A DNA stretch of 63,951 nt, filler included, from Fonticula-like sp. SCN 57-25 (lineage: Eukaryota), in the NCBI GenBank assembly GCA_001724245.1. It is 4 parts of 4 records of this genome, joined end to end, with 100 filler letters (N's around TTAATTAATTAA, not from the genome) between each part and the next. Parts side by side here need not be neighbours in the genome. Positions count along the whole stretch, not along the records: positions 49,747 to 63,951 come from MEDX01000162.1; 3 more parts are not named here. One strand, 5' to 3'. Within the stretch, counting starts at the first letter, position 1; each line of letters starts with the position of its first letter. The notes beneath the pieces are model-generated. The model was not told where the DNA came from. It saw only the letters and a program-made list of their open reading frames with translations, and did no database searches. This document shows positions 60,553-63,951 of this stretch, one piece after another. The translations under genes were made by a program, and so were the position numbers.

Positions 60553-60780
60553 ATGAAAATTGATCTTAAAGAGCTAAAAGCTGCAATTGCCTGGTATGAA
60601 GCAAATACAAATTCCCCTACGGTAACGATTACTCAGTTTGATGGAAAAACACTTAGCTTAAAAAGCTTTGATAAATACGACTCAGAGGTAGAAATTACCC
60701 TCTACCCTCTCCATGGGGATGGCCAAAGCTCCATGCTCCCAAAAATTAAGAAAACTGAAGTGTTGAAGGTGCAAAAATGA
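60553..60780 (+). CDS. Small hypothetical phage protein
   Basis: AGAGGT SD before ATG 60553; ATGA overlap with the next gene. Confidence 0.65.
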   Translation: MKIDLKELKAAIAWYEANTNSPTVTITQFDGKTLSLKSFDKYDSEVEITLYPLHGDGQSSMLPKIKKTEVLKVQK

Positions 60781-61157
60781 ACAGATTATTCGTCTTGAAC
60801 TTTGTTAAGGTTTCTCAAGCTCTAAATGGTTTGGCAAAGTTTTCTTTGCCCATCAAAACGACTCTTAAGCTTAGAAAATTGATCAAAATGACCGAAGAAG
60901 AATATCAGGCTTTTGAAGATGTTCGCCTTGCTAGGCTACGTGATTTGGCTGAAAAAGATGAAAGTGGAAATCCTGTTTTGATTGGTCAAAACTACTCTCT
61001 ATCCAAAGAAAACGAACTTGTTTTGGCTAAAGAGATTTCAGAATATCTTAAGCAGGATTTGTCTTTCGACAAGATTGATATTTCAGAGCTTGAAGGTGTT
61101 TCCATTTCTATGGAACAGATCAACACCCTGTCACCTTTTTTAGGGGGAATGGATTAA
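60777..61157 (+). CDS. Hypothetical phage protein (helical, common near tail genes)
   Basis: LPIKTTLKL...AEKDESGNP pattern; AAGGT SD. Confidence 0.7.
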   Translation: MNRLFVLNFVKVSQALNGLAKFSLPIKTTLKLRKLIKMTEEEYQAFEDVRLARLRDLAEKDESGNPVLIGQNYSLSKENELVLAKEISEYLKQDLSFDKIDISELEGVSISMEQINTLSPFLGGMD

Positions 61158-61426
61158 AAACCCATTTCGTAAATTACCATAGGTGATTGATCCATGATCA
61201 CCGAGATGGCCCTTGAATTGCCTAAGGGCAAAGTCATTTTCTTGTTGTAAAGAATCGTTGCAAAAGGGACAGATGCTTGAACAAATTTAGGAGTTCTGTT
61301 CATTACCTTGTTTTCCAAGGTTTTGACGCTAGCTCTGAAGTTCTCGTTTTGCATATAATACGCTTCACTAGCTGTTTGGCAGCTTCCAGATAAACAAGCG
61401 TATATGACTAGTGATTCTAGCAGCAT
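61154..61426 (-). CDS. Small exported protein with C-terminal Phe (probably leaderless)
   Basis: Hydrophobic Cys-containing N-terminus; ends VIYEMGF. Confidence 0.55.
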   Translation of the reverse strand: MLLESLVIYACLSGSCQTASEAYYMQNENFRASVKTLENKVMNRTPKFVQASVPFATILYNKKMTLPLGNSRAISVIMDQSPMVIYEMGF

Positions 61427-61462
61427 ATGTTAATTCTAACATACACCGCCAAATGATTCACG

Positions 61463-61876
61463 TTAAAATTCTATGATGGCTTTAATGCCAATAAAATTAT
61501 CAGTTTGATACGTTACACCAAGCCAAATAGGTCCAGCAATACGGCGGTTTACATCCAAAATGTAGATTGTAGTTTCTCTCTCTTTTAGAGAAACGCCCGC
61601 ACCAAGACCTAAAGCCCAGTCGCGATCTTTAATAGAAACTGTCTCATTTTTAGACGTTTTATAGCCAGTCTCTTTAGACTTATCGGTAACTGTGGTTGTT
61701 GTTTCTTTGGTGCCATCAGGTTTGGTGACCTCTTTAACTACGGTGACAACGTCTTTTTTAACAACTTCGATCTCTTTTTCTTGAACAACAGTTTTTTGTT
61801 CGGCAGGCTTTAAAAACCAGCCTATACTAAGTCCAATCAACAATGCTCCAACAAAAGTATATATATAGTTTTTCAT
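61463..61876 (-). CDS. Membrane-anchored protein with four C-terminal beta-strands (candidate spanin-like)
   Basis: GGGAG SD, N-terminal TM, Thr/Lys-rich linker, amphipathic strands ending IIEF. Confidence 0.65.
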   Translation of the reverse strand: MKNYIYTFVGALLIGLSIGWFLKPAEQKTVVQEKEIEVVKKDVVTVVKEVTKPDGTKETTTTVTDKSKETGYKTSKNETVSIKDRDWALGLGAGVSLKERETTIYILDVNRRIAGPIWLGVTYQTDNFIGIKAIIEF

Positions 61877-61937
61877 GTTTGCTCCCAATAAAGTTGAATT
61901 ACTTGTTCCTCCTCTTCAAAAGTAAGAGGCATTGTCA

Positions 61938-62405
61938 TCATAAGAAAAAATTATCTGATAGCAGATTCTTCCACGAATTTTTAATGTCCGTAGTCAGCAG
62001 GGAATTTTGAATATCGTCCACACAGGAAAAAGCTATTTCAAAACTGAGAGTGTTGACAGCATCTAGTATCTGCTTTATCTCTGGGTCTTGTGTCAATGTT
62101 ATTAGTTGTTCTGTAGTCCAAACTCCGCTACGAACACGCTCCATATTTCCAGCGGCCATTTCTGCAATTATTTCATCTTTAGCTGCTGCTCTTTTTTTGA
62201 ATCGTGCAAAATCCTTCTCTCGTTGTTTTTGCTTTTGTTGTTCAACTGTTAACTGAAAACTTGGATTATAGTCTAAAATCAATTGTTGTATCTGTTCTTG
62301 ATTAGGTAGCGATTTGTCCCAAAAATAAATTCCAGATGCGTCAGGCCCTTTAACCCACACAACATCTGACCTTTGACCCTGAAGCCATTCGAGCATAGTT
62401 ATCAT
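61938..62405 (-). CDS. Putative tail fibre assembly/associated protein
   Basis: TAATG coupling to the tail fibre stop; GGAGG SD. Confidence 0.55.
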   Translation of the reverse strand: MITMLEWLQGQRSDVVWVKGPDASGIYFWDKSLPNQEQIQQLILDYNPSFQLTVEQQKQKQREKDFARFKKRAAAKDEIIAEMAAGNMERVRSGVWTTEQLITLTQDPEIKQILDAVNTLSFEIAFSCVDDIQNSLLTTDIKNSWKNLLSDNFFL

Positions 62406-63951
62406 TACGCAACCCTCCAAATCTCGCAAGTCACTCTATTAACCGTAGTTGTTGACAGAGCTTCTCCTCCGAACCGCAACTCTATTGTGTGAGTTCCTGC
62501 GCCAAGTGTTAAATTTTCTACGATTTGATCTATTTGATTAGTTGTAGTATCTTGCAATTCTTCGTTATGCTGAGTTCCTATTGCTACACCATCTACGAAT
62601 AATTGAAATCTGGCATCTGCTGTACCTCTATTGCTGGTCCAGTAGTATTGAAGAACTAATCTATAAACACCTGCGGTCAAAGTTCCAGTAGTAAAAGACG
62701 ATGCTACTGCTGTTAGCGGTTGTGCTCCACTATTAGATGTACTCTGCACAGCATCTTCAAAATGCTGGTAATGTCTACCAAATGTAATTGGTGTATTTTG
62801 TGCAGCAGTAATTCTACCTTGAGCATCTACAGTGAACTGACCTACGTTTAATCCATCGTTTCCGTAAGTTGCAGCAGAAACTCCAGTATTAGTCAAACTT
62901 AAAGTTCTGTCTGCGGTAAGATTTCCGCCGCCTTGCAAACCAGTTCCAGTATTTATATTTCGGTTAAACAGAGCATTTAATTGTCCCTGAATTTTTCCAA
63001 ATGCTTGCAGAACAGTGTCCGTAGCTGCAAGAGCAGCATTTGCTCCTACTGCATATCCAGTAAGTACCGTACCCAACACGGATGCTGCAAAATCAGTAAC
63101 TTGAGATGACACAATTGAAATTAAATTTACAGCTTTTGCTGTAACTCTACCCTTTGCATCAGTCGTAATACTCAGTGTGGAATTTGCTGCACCAATAGAG
63201 CTTGCTGTTCCAAGATTGGGCAATCCTATAGACGGATTTCCAGATACTCCATCCCCATTAGATACATCAACGTCTCCAGAAACTCCCTGTAGAGTTCTGG
63301 TAGTCATTGTATTTGCTGCCGTTCTGGTTACTAAACCAATTCCAGTTAAACTTGCCACGGCAGTTAAATCACCGTCTAATGGTTGCTTTTCTGCATCAAG
63401 TTCATTGATAGCTGCTTGTACGTTATTTGAGGATATATTTCCAGATGGCGTATTTGTGATGTTTGTCGCAGGTACGCCAGTGATAACAGTGTTAGTCACT
63501 CCACTTACACGTCCTTGCGCATCTGTGGTGAGGACAGGAACTTGTGTTGCTGAGCCGTAAGTACTTGGAGTACCCACGTTAGGCATACTGATTGTTCTGT
63601 TGGCAGATAGATCACCTCCACCAGACAGTCCAGCGCCAGCATTTACTTGCGTAGTTTTTGGCACTTTTTCAGAATCTAACTCTGCAATAGCAGCTTGCAC
63701 ATTGGTAGAAGCAACATCTCCAGCAGGAGTAAAAGGAACCTCAGAAGCAATTTGGTCCGCTGTAGCACCAGGCTCAATACCATCAAGCTTAGTGCCATCT
63801 ATTGACACATCACGACCATCAACAAGACCGGAGGTGATGACGTTATTTGCGCCCATATTCAAATTCCCAGTCATAGGCTGAGAACCATTTCTGGCAAGTT
63901 TATTATCGTCAAGATCAGAAAGTGCAGATTCTACATTGTCACTAGCAGCTT
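62405..63951 (-). CDS. Tail fibre protein (5' truncated)
   Basis: Repeated modules TPxGxxxSxNVQAAIxELDxEK and GxGLxGGGxLxAxRT...YG...TxDAxGRxT. C-terminal beta-sandwich (AGTHTIELRF). Confidence 0.85.
   Translation of the reverse strand, partial: AASDNVESALSDLDDNKLARNGSQPMTGNLNMGANNVITSGLVDGRDVSIDGTKLDGIEPGATADQIASEVPFTPAGDVASTNVQAAIAELDSEKVPKTTQVNAGAGLSGGGDLSANRTISMPNVGTPSTYGSATQVPVLTTDAQGRVSGVTNTVITGVPATNITNTPSGNISSNNVQAAINELDAEKQPLDGDLTAVASLTGIGLVTRTAANTMTTRTLQGVSGDVDVSNGDGVSGNPSIGLPNLGTASSIGAANSTLSITTDAKGRVTAKAVNLISIVSSQVTDFAASVLGTVLTGYAVGANAALAATDTVLQAFGKIQGQLNALFNRNINTGTGLQGGGNLTADRTLSLTNTGVSAATYGNDGLNVGQFTVDAQGRITAAQNTPITFGRHYQHFEDAVQSTSNSGAQPLTAVASSFTTGTLTAGVYRLVLQYYWTSNRGTADARFQLFVDGVAIGTQHNEELQDTTTNQIDQIVENLTLGAGTHTIELRFGGEALSTTTVNRVTCEIWRVA

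Larger units (their letters stand above)
49747..63951. other. Tailed bacteriophage contig (tail, baseplate and lysis region)
   Basis: Intronless overlapping genes with SD sites, tail fibre, TMP, dNMP kinase, HNH and holin-like genes. Confidence 0.9.

Noticed and set aside
49747-63951. Stop-codon recoding in the phage
   Set aside because: Genes tile densely in the standard code with normal overlaps.

Overview
The window is four unrelated contigs joined by artificial N44-TTAATTAATTAA-N44 spacers. (1) 1-16222 and (3) 32606-49646 are GC-rich, intron-dense nuclear DNA of a unicellular eukaryote, probably an opisthokont/amorphean protist. They encode calmodulin, RPA34-like, AMPK-beta, HAPSTR1-like, a MyTH4-FERM myosin, YeeE/YedE, Hrq1, borealin-like, DEX1-like, ataxin-10, VPS13B and an EGF-repeat protein. 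(2) 16323-32505 is a gene-dense eukaryotic DNA virus fragment. Its ~1440-aa protein resembles a Mirusviricota HK97-fold major capsid protein. It also carries spliceosomal introns (one directly after the capsid ATG), AATAAA signals, a repeated promoter module and many orphan membrane proteins. (4) 49747-63951 is an AT-rich tailed bacteriophage tail/lysis region. Main observations: the intron-containing mirusvirus-like contig; an intronic H/ACA RNA in the myosin gene whose two pockets match U2 snRNA psi39/psi41 (SCARNA4/ACA26-like); and a phage protein with an inner-membrane anchor plus a C-terminal beta-barrel signal that may be a non-canonical spanin. All family assignments come from motif recognition by eye; no searches were run.
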